Below, one piece after another: positions 33,077 to 45,041 of a stretch of DNA of 64,000 nt (within the stretch, counting starts at the first letter, position 1; each line of letters opens with the position of its first letter). Made by a program: the position numbers and the translations under genes. The notes below the pieces were generated by a model. It searched no databases. It saw only the letters and a program-made list of their open reading frames with translations, and was not told where the DNA came from. The stretch is from Eledone cirrhosa. Taxonomy: Eukaryota. Where the stretch lies: the NCBI GenBank assembly GCA_964016885.1, contig OZ024748.1:57846001-57910000 (forward strand), read 5' to 3'.

Positions 33077-35905
33077 ATATATATGTAATATTTAATTTGT
33101 TTGGAGTCCAACAAACTTAAAAGTTATAACTGATATAGAGCACTCAACAGTTTACTGGAGTAAATATTCAATATATTAATAATTTGAAATTTTATTTATA
33201 AAACCATAATTAGTTTATTAAATACATTTCAAGGGCGACCAAGCCAATCTTGGTGCGCTTTCATCAGATAAAATACAAAATTTGTTTTATAAATAATGAC
33301 ATAACCATGGAAAACAAACTTGACGGTTGAAAATAATGCTCACTGTAATTGAAACCAAAATAAAATGTAATACATAAACTAGTTAGAGTAAATTAAAGAC
33401 ATAGTGAGGACTATATGGAACTCTAATGGGGATGAGATATCTCATGATTTAAGCTGCGGGAAATAACTTACTTCACATTGAAACTAAAGTCAGAATTTTT
33501 AGTAATATATCTGAGATGAATTGAGATTACTAGCGTGGGAAGACACGTATCTCGCTTGAGGTCTGTATATATTTCCCTATTTTCTAGTTGACAAATCTAA
33601 TTCAAATATTACCTGACACATAATTGCATATATTATGGTAGTGTCAGGCAACAAATCTTTCGAAAACTAATATGTAACAAAAACATTCTTTGGAAAATTC
33701 TTACTGGGTCTCATAGTTAATTTAAAAAGAAAATCCTCGTTCGTATCAACACCTATTTCCAGGTGGATGGATTACATTAATAGAAATGTAGAAATGGAGA
33801 TTCTCATTATAGAGACAGTTCACTTTTGGAAACCTATAGCAGTTGCGAAAAAGTAAGTAAATAAGCTCTTATGCAATCCATATACTTACATATTTTTCCA
33901 TCAGAGGTTAGTAGTAGAAAACAGGCAACACATATAGATATATTTAATTTCAATTTTAATAACATTGGAAATGAATCCTACATTGGATATAATAATAATT
34001 CTATACAAAATACACTTGAAAATGTTGAATAGAAAATACCGTAATGCTAGACGGAAAATGAAATTATGTATTTTTTATACCTCCTAGATGTGCTTGAATT
34101 TAATTATTTCGGCATTGTTACTTAGGTATTGGTTTCTAAAGAACGGTGAATATGTCTCAGAGTATCTGGAAAAAAGGAGGATCGAGTCAACGTCAATTCG
34201 ATGTAATGGTAACTGAAAAAGAATATTTATTATAATATTTTACTCACTTGAAACATTGCACGAAATGTTATGTTAAAGGAGAATGATATAAGTACATACA
34301 CTCATGGGTGTGCGCTATATATATATATACGCAAACCCGCTCACACTCAAGCACTCACATACTCACATCATAATTGTTAATCGCATATGTGCTGACTATC
34401 GGATATGATGTCACATGAGAAGAAGAAGTAAGAATGGTTTGTGAAGGATCCTGAAATAACAAAACAGAAAAAGAAAACCCGAATTCATGAAATAAATGCT
34501 TCTTTTCTGTGTTAAATAAGCTTCTAAAGTTATAACATATTCTAACGTAGCTAAGTTACAGAAACAGCAATATCGTGGACAATTACTTGATAATTTATCC
34601 TTTAGTAATTACTCAATTACAACGAAAAGTTAAAAATCTATGGAGGAAAAAATATTTTGTTTAGAGTATACTTTTTATCGCAATAACGTCTTCAGGTGAT
34701 ATATAAAGTAGCACATATAATTCTACCTACGCTATTCCATAGCCTTCTAGCAATGTTATTCAACCGAATAGGATTTATCGCCGAATACTTCAAAACACAC
34801 AAAAAAGAAATGGTAGAATCGCAAATATTCTAGATTTCTCGATTAACAATAACATATGCTTCATAGATTCCAGAAGAAAATATTACACATGATGAACTAG
34901 GCGACCAATATATTTAGAGACGGGATTTATCAGTAGCACCGTCAATATATTCGCTCTATAGATATATCACCTGAAAAAATGGAAAGAAGGAAATTAATTA
35001 AAATAATCAATGAATTTCCTTTTTGAGTACAAAAAGGAAAACCATTTGAGGCAGTAAAGAAGTGAAGCGGCTTCATCTGTCTATATTCTTCTGACGTCAA
35101 TATTTTGAATGATCTTGGATATAACCGTCTGGAAAGATATTTCAAAATAATTTAACTAAATATTGCAAGATATACAGCAAATAAAATAGTATAGTTCTCC
35201 CTGAAATAAATGGTTAATTCTTCCGGAAATATGTTAGGGATATTTTCTTTATTTTTGTCTGGTAGGTTTCTATTTAAATTCGAACCAAAGAAATATATTC
35301 CTCTGTGATGTTGCTGCGTACTATTTTCATATACTAAACCACAAATATGGCAACAAATGTAGCCGTGGGACAAGACGTTTAACAACATATTTTTCTTTTG
35401 ATTCTCAAATAACGTTAATATAATTTTAGTTCTTCTACTCATTCATGAAATATAAGCTTATTAGCCGTAACTTTTACTTCGAGGAATTATGGTAGTAATG
35501 TTATATAGCCCTTTACAGATTTTCAATACAGTTGGTACAATTCCTTTTTTTTGTCATACTGAGATTATCATGTGTTGCTTTGTTTTTTTTTTTACGTGTC
35601 TTTCTTAGTAACATACTTGCTACGAATACGTGTATCTTTGCCGGTCACCTACCTAATACAGACATTCTCTATTAATCTCGCTAAATCAATTGCTCATATA
35701 TTACAAATTACTCTAACAGACAAAAGAAAAGTAAAACAAATTTTCGAAATACCAATACCATAATTCTTTATAATATTGGTGTACTTTGTTTCTCTTACTA
35801 CTAATAGAGAACAATTTCTCATTCATGCAGTTTAAGCACTGTCAGACATATCGCAACCAATAATTTACTGATACAAATCTATCACTCTAAGGGACTGATA
35901 TATAT

Positions 35906-36060
35906 TACCCAGTGAATTACTAGTACTTTATTTTATCGACCCCGTAAGGATGAAAGGCAAAGTTAACCACGATGGGATTCGATCTCAGAATGGCAAGAGT
36001 CGTAACACTATGCGTCAACGCATGACATACGACCCTCTACCGATACTGCCAATCCACCGC
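35906..36060 (-). mobile_element. tRNA-derived SINE (MetaSINE-type), 3' tail missing
   Basis: TTTTATCGACCCCGTAAGGATGAAAGGC...CCGATACTGCCAATCCACCGC. Confidence 0.85.
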
Positions 36061-37354
36061 AATTAAACTACTAATATATAATGACACAATAATATATTTA
36101 TATCCATTTTCTTTTGTTAGAAATTTTATTTACGTTAGATCACAGCATTCACGTATCGGACTAACTTCTATTACTATTTCCTCCTGTAATTATAGAATCA
36201 TCATATCATTCACTGTGGAAGTCAATTATCTATGTCGAACTGCAATATCCTGCATTCCTAACCGTCAGTTTAAGAGACGGTTAGATTGCGTTCATTTTCT
36301 TACGTTCCTGTACATAATATTCTCTTCGTCCTGCCAGCAACAGCTTAACATGATTCGACTCTTCACTATTGCAAAATAATGATGCGGTGTTTTTGGAAAG
36401 AGTCGCCTAGTATCTGTTTTAATGTCGTTGGCTAGGTCATTCATTTTTATTGTTAACGCTGCTTTAAATCTTCGCTCTTCTCCAAATTCAGCCTTTTCTG
36501 CCCTGTCATATAGAAGAATCTCGTGAAAATATTAATACCAAATATGTAATAATTAGACTGTTTACACTGAACTACCCGTGTTATCGATTCTTCTTCCTTC
36601 GCATATGTTTCCCTCGAATGCATGTGTTGTGTAACGGTGATATTACACTTTGCCCTCCTTGGTAAGTGCATTTTCTTATACACCAACACCAAGGTTAAAG
36701 TTTTGTAAATATCATTGGAGTGACAAAAGCTGTGTGCCTGTTGAATAGAGAGTACATATAATCCGAAGAGACAGTTTATCACGTCGAATCTCTACCACAA
36801 TTATATCATAACTACACCTATATGATATGTCAATGAAGATATATACTAACTACATATGTATGTTATTTAGTTCAGGGAACAATGTGAATACTTATTCCCG
36901 AAACCGACACCAAGTTATGTAATATTTTGTCTACAATGGTATATATGCAATAGGTACGCAATACTGATGCCATTCAATTCTACAGATATTCTGTTCAACC
37001 GTTTAATGATTACAAGAATCCAACGTTTTACGGTGAGACATTTTTAATACTAAATACTATAATCTTGAAATTCTGTATGAATCTGAACGACAATATGCTT
37101 CTTGTACACATATCTGCTGCTGAATTATATACATTAAGAACTATGTATATGGTAGCTGATTTTATAGTTAGATAACGACAGATTTGTACCTGTAGGTAAT
37201 CAAATCTAAATGTATTTCATAGCTAACTAAATTTAATACGGAATCAATGAGATATGTTTAGCTGCATACGAAATAGCGAATGGGACTTCCATCACTTTAA
37301 TTTATTATGTATTTACTTATGAAGTTTCCTCATATTATTTACGTGTGAATGGAA

Positions 37355-37550
37355 GGATGGTGGATTGGCAGTATCGGTAGAGCGTCAGGACTCCATGCTT
37401 TGCAGCATAGAGTTAAGGCCCTTTATGATTTGAGTTCAAATCCCGCCGAGGTTAAATTTGCCTCTCATCCTTACGGGGTCGATAAAATAAATTACCAGTA
37501 ATGCACTGGGATAATTACTGGCCTTGTGCTAAAAAGTAGAAACAATTATT
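37355..37550 (+). mobile_element. tRNA-derived SINE (MetaSINE-type), full length
   Basis: A box TGGCAGTATCGG, B box GAGTTCAAATCCC, Meta-like domain and tail AGAAACAATTATT. Confidence 0.88.
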
Positions 37551-39069
37551 TATTTGTGATTAAAAGGTTTGTGCGATAGAAGTATCTATGCCCATGGCTT
37601 TGCAAGGCCTTCTATAGCAGAGTGTTTAATTTGACTTGATATTGCTCTTCTATAACCTTAAGATGATAGTTATATGAACCACACAGAGAAGAAGGGAATT
37701 GCATTGGAACCATGTTCTTAGAAGGTAATTGGAATACTTTCAAACTGACAGAGGTCGTCCTTGGAGTAGAACATTCAGATGGGTATTTTTAAAATGATGA
37801 TAGAATATTATAAGACTTGGTCATTTCAGATTTGTAGCGATACAGTAGATATATGCAGCTGCAGTCACGTCTACGTATTACGATGTTAAATATCCCGCTA
37901 GATACATATACTTAACAATATGTACACTTCATTACAGTTCATATAATCATGTCTATTTCACACGCAATAACCCCTCACCGCAAACAAACACATCGACACA
38001 CACACAAATGTATATATTTGACTGATTATATATGTATATATGTACGTATATATATGTATATATGTGTATATTTGTATATATATATGTATACTACTTGTTG
38101 TTTCAATGAAATGATACCATTAGAATTTAATTAATGTTTGCCAAAATCCCCTTTGTAAACATATCTGTATCATTACTGAATTGGCACACCGTAAATTACA
38201 AATCTACTTGAAAGCATATCAAGTTTTAATTAGTTTTGTTGCTTACAAAGTATATGCTAGTGATACACTTTCCTCAAATGCTAGAAATATTTTGTAAATA
38301 CCAACAGTGTCGACAAATCAAAATGATTTCTGTGAAAGATGATACAGGTTGTTATATCGTTAAAATGATTTAGTTTGTTCGCCAGTTTAAAACAAACGAA
38401 AATGAAACTGAAACAATGGTAACCAAAAAGCAAACTCATATTTGAAATTGCATAAGAATATAAAATATGTGGTTGAAATATTTGTCCAATATTTGACTCT
38501 AGTTTGCGTAAATGACAACAGTAATGCCTCTGAAAAATCACGAAATTTATAAGGTCGTTCAGATCCTATTTGGCGGAAGATGCAAACGTTTTTACTAATC
38601 TCACGGAGCGAGCTGACATTTACTAAAACGTCAGAATGGTGTTGCAGAATAAAAGAATATAATTTATTGTTGAATTTTTATTCTGCTGTCGATTCAAACC
38701 GAGTTTCCGATGCCATGAAGGTCAACGTTTCCACTCCTCATTTCGATATCGATAAACAAGTATACGTCCTGTATTACGAAGATTCTTCCTCTATATATTT
38801 TTCTCACTGCGTTTCCTCTCTACCTTACCCAAACGAAGCGGCTGATTGCTGGAGAGGGATTTATATCCGCCGAGTGTTTAGTGCCCAACGCAGGCCTTAT
38901 ATCACATAGCATACATAAGACTCCCATTAGGAAATTCGGTTCTAATCATACATCTATTTAAGACAATGAATGTGTGATACAGCTGATGTTTGTGTGAATG
39001 ATTCGACTGCGCTACCACAAACTGTTCTTTTATTTCTCTAGGTGAAATATAGTTACAAACGCACCTCCA

Positions 39070-39141
<72 letters not shown>

Positions 39142-39198
39142 CAGGGTGAAAGAGACGATTATGAGGAAGAAAAATATATATTTTTTTCTTTTTTTTTT

Positions 39199-39232
<34 letters not shown>

Positions 39233-39235
<3 letters not shown>

Positions 39236-39754
39236 AAGTTTGAAGACTAAAATACAAAGAGGGCTCGATAAGAATAACTATCAAATATATAAGAACCGTA
39301 GAGCAAATATTCACTAAAATAACAGATTAAAGTGTAAGCAAAGAATCGCTGCTTTCACACTTAACGGGATCTTCTGAAACTAAAAAATTCAATCTGTGAA
39401 CGCAGAAGTAAATATTTCAAAAAACGTTGCAGCCGAAGGAAGACAGAAAGACGATACTTTGGTTCGTGGTAACGTTCCCTGGCACAGAACGGATAAAGAC
39501 AAAGATAATACGTCATAATTTGGTGCGGTGAAAACAATTACACCGCAGCAAATTATGACGTATTATCTTTTCTTTATCCGTTCTTTGCCAGGGAACGTTG
39601 CCACGAACAAAAGTATCGTCTTCCTGTTCTCCTCCGGTTGCAACGTTTTTTGAAATATTTACTTCTGCGTTCCCAGATTGACATTTTTTGTTTCAGAAGA
39701 TCCCGTTAAGTGTGAAAGCAGCGATTTTTGCTTACACTTTAATCTGTTATTTTA
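39233..39754. mobile_element. Foldback element in (TA)n: ~215-bp inverted arms, 10-nt loop and ~80-bp extra left tail, with HHR-like relics near the arm tips
   Basis: 39315-39530 is the near reverse complement of 39541-39754, with loop AAAACAATTA. TA runs lie on both sides. Confidence 0.85.
39674..39746 (+). ncRNA. Hammerhead-like relic (mirror copy at 39323-39396, minus strand)
   Basis: CAGATTGA...GTTT-CAGAAGA-TCCCGTTAAGTGT-GAA-AGCA gcgatttt TGCT-T-ACAC.TTAATCTG. Outer helix CAGAUUGA/UUAAUCUG and helix III AGCA/UGCU fit. U4 is replaced by A in both arms and helix II is weak. Confidence 0.4.
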
Positions 39755-40017
39755 ATATATATATATATATATATATATACAAATAAGCGTGAAACTAATA
39801 GGATTTCGTATAATTGTGTGTTTATATATATGTGCGTGCGTGTATGTATATATAAATATATATATATATATAAGAATATTTCGCTCTACGTGGCTGATAA
39901 ATGTACTCTGAGTGTTTCCAATATTAATAACAACATTCGATTCGTTTGCAATTATGCAAACAAGTCTCAATTTTATAGACATGTCATTAGAATGAACCCT
40001 TCATTCTTGCTCTTGTG

Positions 40018-40097
40018 TTGGCATGTCAACAGAACTGCAGATACTAATGTTTCTGGGTATCCCCCTTCATCAGTACAACTCACTGTTCACCTGCCAA
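40018..40097 (-). ncRNA. Solo type I hammerhead ribozyme motif in an insert between TA-rich tracts (~39871-40217)
   Basis: Minus strand: UUGGCA..AACAG..AGUUGUA-CUGAUGA-ag GGG gaua CCC a-GAAAC-auua-GUA^-uc-UGCAGUU CUGUU..UGCCAA. All core nucleotides are present and helix I has three stacked segments. There are 2 extra nt after the cleavage site. Confidence 0.6.
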
Positions 40098-40842
40098 ACT
40101 GTCTGAGCTAGTAAAAATATATGCTATTTTCAAAAATACACAGTGAGTGATCGGCCTGTTTTGCATACTAGCAGACTGGCTGAACAGTCTGATCTGCATA
40201 TTAGCAGGTCCACTGATGTATATAGATATATAGAATGGATAGAGAGAGAGAGACAGAGCTAGAGAGAGATATAGAGAGTGAGAGAGAGAGAGAAAATTCC
40301 GACTGCGCTGTCAAGTGGTTGCAGCTTGTGTGTTCAGCAAACAATTTCAATATAATATACATATATGTTGAGAGAAAGATGGATATGATGCTGCTAGTAA
40401 GACAATTAATTATTCAGTTTATTTCTTTATATTAATGATGAGTATATCCTCATGTCTGATCGTTTCATTGGGTTTAAGCTCCATCACCCAACATCTCGAT
40501 CGATAGCCGAGAAGATGCTAATCAAATAAACTTCCATAAAACAGGAATTAACTCAGACCTATATAACTGTAAAATAAAATCTATTACAAATAAAAAAAAA
40601 CATGAAATCACACTATTTAATTACACAATGACTATTCCAAACCATAAATTCATGATTTCAAATATTTTATCAGCATTTTGTGTTAGCTTTATGAATTCGG
40701 TTTCGATGTAGACTCTCTCAACCCATTCAGTTGTCAGTTATAGCCTCTGTTATAGGCCCGCCTCTGATGATATACATTTCAATGGAATGAAATCAGATAA
40801 TTTTCTGATTTGGTATCGAAAGTGTAGAAGCTTAACAATTAT

Positions 40843-41051
40843 AATAGTTTCTCTTTTAGACACAAGACCAACAACTATTTGTGGTGGTGGGGGTGCAATT
40901 CTATGACATAGGCCTCAGTACATTATTAGTGTTTTATTTTATCGACTCCTTAAAGATGAAAGGCAAAACTAACTTCGGCGGGATTTGAACTCAGGACGTA
41001 AAGGAACCACACAGTATGTTGCCAGACACTTTATCTATACTGCTAATCCAC
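40843..41051 (-). mobile_element. Older MetaSINE-type SINE subfamily
   Basis: TTTTATCGACTCCTTAAAGATGAAAGGC, GGGATTTGAACTCAG, TACTGCTAATCCAC. Longer 3' region than the young copies. Confidence 0.75.
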
Positions 41052-42299
41052 AATAATTTATCATGAAATTAGGTAATGTAGTGTTCCTCATTAAGCCATG
41101 TATTTAACTAAGAATATTTCCTGTTGGAATGTTGGAAGAAAGCTATAAAGTTCTTTTTTTTTTGTTAAATAATAGCGTTACGCCATGTTGTCAATATGGC
41201 ACCTTAACAATACTACATATTCTAAAATGTTTCTATATTCTGAAGAACATTCACAAGTTTTGATCGGATTTAATATATTCATGTTTCTTCACGTATTCTG
41301 TTTGGTATTGATTTTTCTTGTATTGTGTAGGATTTGCATAACAAACATTATATAAAACCGTTACATACCTTTTTGATGATATCCGAGCATGAAGACAATT
41401 CGGTGATCCGATTCAATGTCTCATGATTTGCATTATATTTGAAGAGTCATCTGATAAGAGAAGCGTTATCATGTTCAAAGATTGGGCATTTGTACAGATT
41501 AATGGGATGCGTCAGTTGGTTTAAGAGGAATATATGTATAATATATTATCGAAAGTTTCATGTGGCCACGTCATATTCTCTTTCATACATATAAGCAAGT
41601 ATATCACTAAGAAACCGTAACGGAAAGGAAAAAAATGCTATGCAGCTCCATTTTAGCATGTCGTCAAATACAAGTATATGCTTTATTATAGGCAATACAC
41701 TTGACTATAACTTAAATTGTCTAAATTCTACCTCCTCTTTATTTCTCTACCGTGATTTCCTGAAAGTATACTTTGCTTCAGTTTATCAATATATGCTACC
41801 AACAAGATTGTATATACAGACTGAGAAATTGTGGCCACGGAAATAGATAAAACAATCAGATATTGTATATTATATACAGCAATAATTCTTTCAGCAAAAG
41901 TTCGTTTTATATATAGATTGTACTTCACTTTTGATGTGCTGATATATATCGCGTTGAAAAAAAAATTAACCATAGAGAATGAGGATAAATATAAGCGAAT
42001 TATAAATTGAAGTTAAGAACATCACTGAAAACGATTATATTGTTTATATGAATAGCTTTGGGTGTAAAATAATATACTATTATTTGGGAAATTTAGAATC
42101 TCGAAAAGCCGCACATTGGCTTAGATTTAAGACGATATACAACACGATTCTTCGGACGTTGACATTTCGAAATGTCGAGATGTGGAATTCAAAGGGCATG
42201 AATTAATACCTGGATTTAGATATAAATACTGGATATTCAGGTATTTTACTTCCATTCTCTTATTAGTAGATTTATACATGTAATTATGTATGTATCTAA

Positions 42300-42990
42300 A
42301 AAGATGTGTCCCAGATGCGTGTGCGACGATGAAACCGTTGCACACGCATTGGTACACTGCTCGGGCATTGCCGATCTGTGGGGCTATGTCGAACGACTCC
42401 TGTCACGGGTGGGACCGATCCGGTTGACCACCGAGTCTATTGTAACGATCAAGCCGCCTCCTCTCTTCAAAAACGAAGGAGAGGCGGCGTTTCTGTGCGT
42501 AATAGCCATGGCGAAAAAGGTTGTATGGTGGACGCGTCTGAAAGGACTGAGGTCAGACACCTTTCTCTCTGGCCAACAACTGGTCCGTTTCTTCCGATAT
42601 AATTTCGGAAGAAGGATCAGGATGGAGAGAGAGGTACTGCACCCCAGCCGTTTCTATGAAAGATGGGTGAAAGTGGCGAGAATGGCCTGTGTGAATGGGC
42701 CTTCACTCTACATCAGACTGTAGGTGAGAAAGATGAAAGATAATGGGAGCACCCTCTCTCTGTGCTCCTGACGAGAAGGGTTGCACACTTTTTTCGGGGG
42801 TGTGTGCGACCCCCCAAGGCGCCTCCTCCCTATTGAGGATTTTGTTTTTCAATGTATTTTTGTTATAATTTATATTTTATATTTTTATATTTTATTATTG
42901 CCTCCTCCTTAGTGAGGACGCCTTTTTATGAAAACTCCCCCATTGTACTTGTTCCACTCTTTGATGACCTGGTGGCAAATAAAAAGAAAG
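42300..42990 (+). mobile_element. 5'-truncated L1/Tx1-like LINE (C-terminus of ORF2 plus 3' UTR)
   Basis: A GC-richer insert within TATG repeats. Its ORF ends at 42723, followed by a T-rich UTR and AATAAA at 42978. Confidence 0.8.
42304..42723 (+). pseudogene. LINE ORF2 C-terminal fragment with CCHC zinc knuckle
   Basis: CPRCVCDDETVAHALVHC is a C-x2-C-x8-H-x4-C motif. It is followed by 'LW' and 'AKKVVWWTR', as in the C-termini of L1/Tx1-clade ORF2. Confidence 0.8.
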
Positions 42991-43288
42991 TTATCTATAT
43001 ATGAATGTATGTGTACATGAATGTATGCATACATGTATGTTTATATGTATGTATCTATTTGATCTTGAGCCGGTATGTCTACGTTTATGTTATAGACGGA
43101 AAAATAATAAAGATGGAACATAAATTGAATAATATATGAATATATGGAGAGTTATACTGCTGAAATATAACAGGATTGAAAACATAGAGATACACGATTT
43201 CATATTTCTAGTATGTTATAACTTTCGTAATCAGCCCCTACACTAATTTCTGTGAAACCTCAAAGATAAAAATATATATTACGGGCGT

Positions 43289-43541
43289 TTAAAATCCCGG
43301 AGAGCTCAATTTGCTGGCCACTGTCACCGTGCCAGCAATGAAATCATATCCGCTCTCTTGCTCTGGAACCCTGACTCCAGCCTGACTAGGAGTAGGAAGC
43401 GGTCATTCACTGACGTTATCTCCAGGGATACGGGATTCAGCAGACAGGACCTGGGGGTAGCGATGGGGGACAGGGGATTCTGGAGCATGAGAGTGAGATC
43501 CATCATCTCGACAGTAGTCGACAAGTGATGATGATGATGAT
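43289..43541 (+). mobile_element. 5'-truncated RTE-like LINE 3' end with (TGA)n tail
   Basis: The frame from 43289 (absent from the ORF track) reads LKSRRAQFAGHCHRASNEIISALLLWNPDSSLTRSRKRSFTDVISRDTGFSRQDLGVAMGDRGFWSMRVRSIISTVVDK*. It has the RR..FAGH..R and AM.DR..W motifs of RTE-group C-termini. The stop codon overlaps the TGA repeat tail. Confidence 0.8.
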
Positions 43542-43996
43542 TTCGCAGCAAGGTAAAAATATTGGTTACTAAAACTGCAAAGTGTTAAAAAGTTATCTTT
43601 TCGTATTGATATAGGAATAAGGTTGATGATGACGGTGATGGGGGGAGGAGGGAAGGACGAAAAATAACATAAACCAATTATCATTTTATCTTCACTTCAG
43701 TCTCAACCCTTATCCAGGATTACGTTAATATAATTTAACGCAGTGCATGAAAGGTAACCCTAACAACGTTAATGAAGTAGAAAGTAATGAAAAATTCATA
43801 TTATACTGCAAATTAACATCGTTTGCCTAATGATGCGTTTGATTGCTACACACATAGCATATATATATATATATATATGAGTGTTGCCGTACATGGGAGT
43901 GAAATACGGTGAAAGCTTATCATTTCTAATTTCTAATTTTCAAACTCGCGCACCGTTTCAAAAAACATACTTACATGTTTACATTTATAATTTGCT

Positions 43997-44035
<39 letters not shown>

Positions 44036-44954
44036 GTATGTATATATATATGTATTTGTGTATGTATATATATATATATTTGTATATGTATGTGAGTCTG
44101 TGTGCACGTGTGATAGCTGCGTACATGTATGGCAACACAATTATAGTCATATATTGATGTGGTATGTAGTATTTGAATCTCGGTTTCCAATTAGACAAAT
44201 CTTTCAATATTAGTTAACATATAGATATTTAAATAAAACTGCAGGACTTCTTTTATCAGAACCTCTTGTAAATCGATCGATAACTTCTGAATAATTTATC
44301 GTTGTTGACTGGTAATTTCAGAAAAGAAATCGATTAATATAAACCACTTAGTTATATATAATGAATAATATATTATACAAAATTATACATAATTTGCTAT
44401 ACGCCTTGGGTTTCCAAAGTTCGTATTAATTTAGGTAACGAATATCATTATAAATCCTTTATAATGATTGCTTCCCAACACGGTTTCTATCTGTTACAGT
44501 GTAATATATATTGAGATTGTTGCTAATAAATACAAACTAATTGAATCAGAACGTGAATTATGTTATTTTCCTTGTCATTAATAACGATTTATGTTCAGAC
44601 AATTTATGTTGATGTATACGTAGATGAGTATATATACACGAATCGTGTGTGTATATGACAGTATATTTCTGTCTGCGTATGTCATGGGTTCACCCAAACA
44701 GGCATAAACAGATAATCGTATATATGTATGTAATGTATATATGCATACAAACGCACACACACACACACACATCAAAAATAGGGATGAGAGGAGAGCTGTG
44801 TGGTTACTAATGACGTGTGTTAGAATGCAAGAAGACATAAACAAGATGTGGACAGTCTCACTTCGTCAGGGCACAGATGGATCGTCGCATTAACTACAAT
44901 ATATATATATATATGATATATATGTATATATGTATATATATATATATATATATA

Positions 44955-45041
44955 GGAACGAGTAGGACCCCGACGGCTGAGCTCAAGCCATTTCGACGGG
45001 TAATTCTGGACGTCCAGAATTAGCCGTCGAAAAGGCTTGGG
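44955..45041. mobile_element. Hairpin mini-derivative of end A of the 48.3-50.4 kb family
   Basis: TA run, then GGAACGAGTAGGACCCCGACGGCTGAGCTC..., folding back on itself around TCTGGAC|GTCCAGA (centre 45011/45012). Confidence 0.75.

Noticed and set aside
36453-36782. 109-aa minus-strand ORF
   Set aside because: No recognisable domain. It may be decayed transposon sequence.
37355-37450. tRNA gene (A and B boxes)
   Set aside because: It is the head of a repeated SINE and does not form a cloverleaf.
40760-40805. CTGATGA...GAAAT hammerhead-like string
   Set aside because: No helix I pairing and a poor helix II.
44845-44880. Minus-strand CTGACGA-AGT-GAGAC motif beside a TA run
   Set aside because: GAAA box is mutated and helix II is absent. 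It cannot be told from chance.
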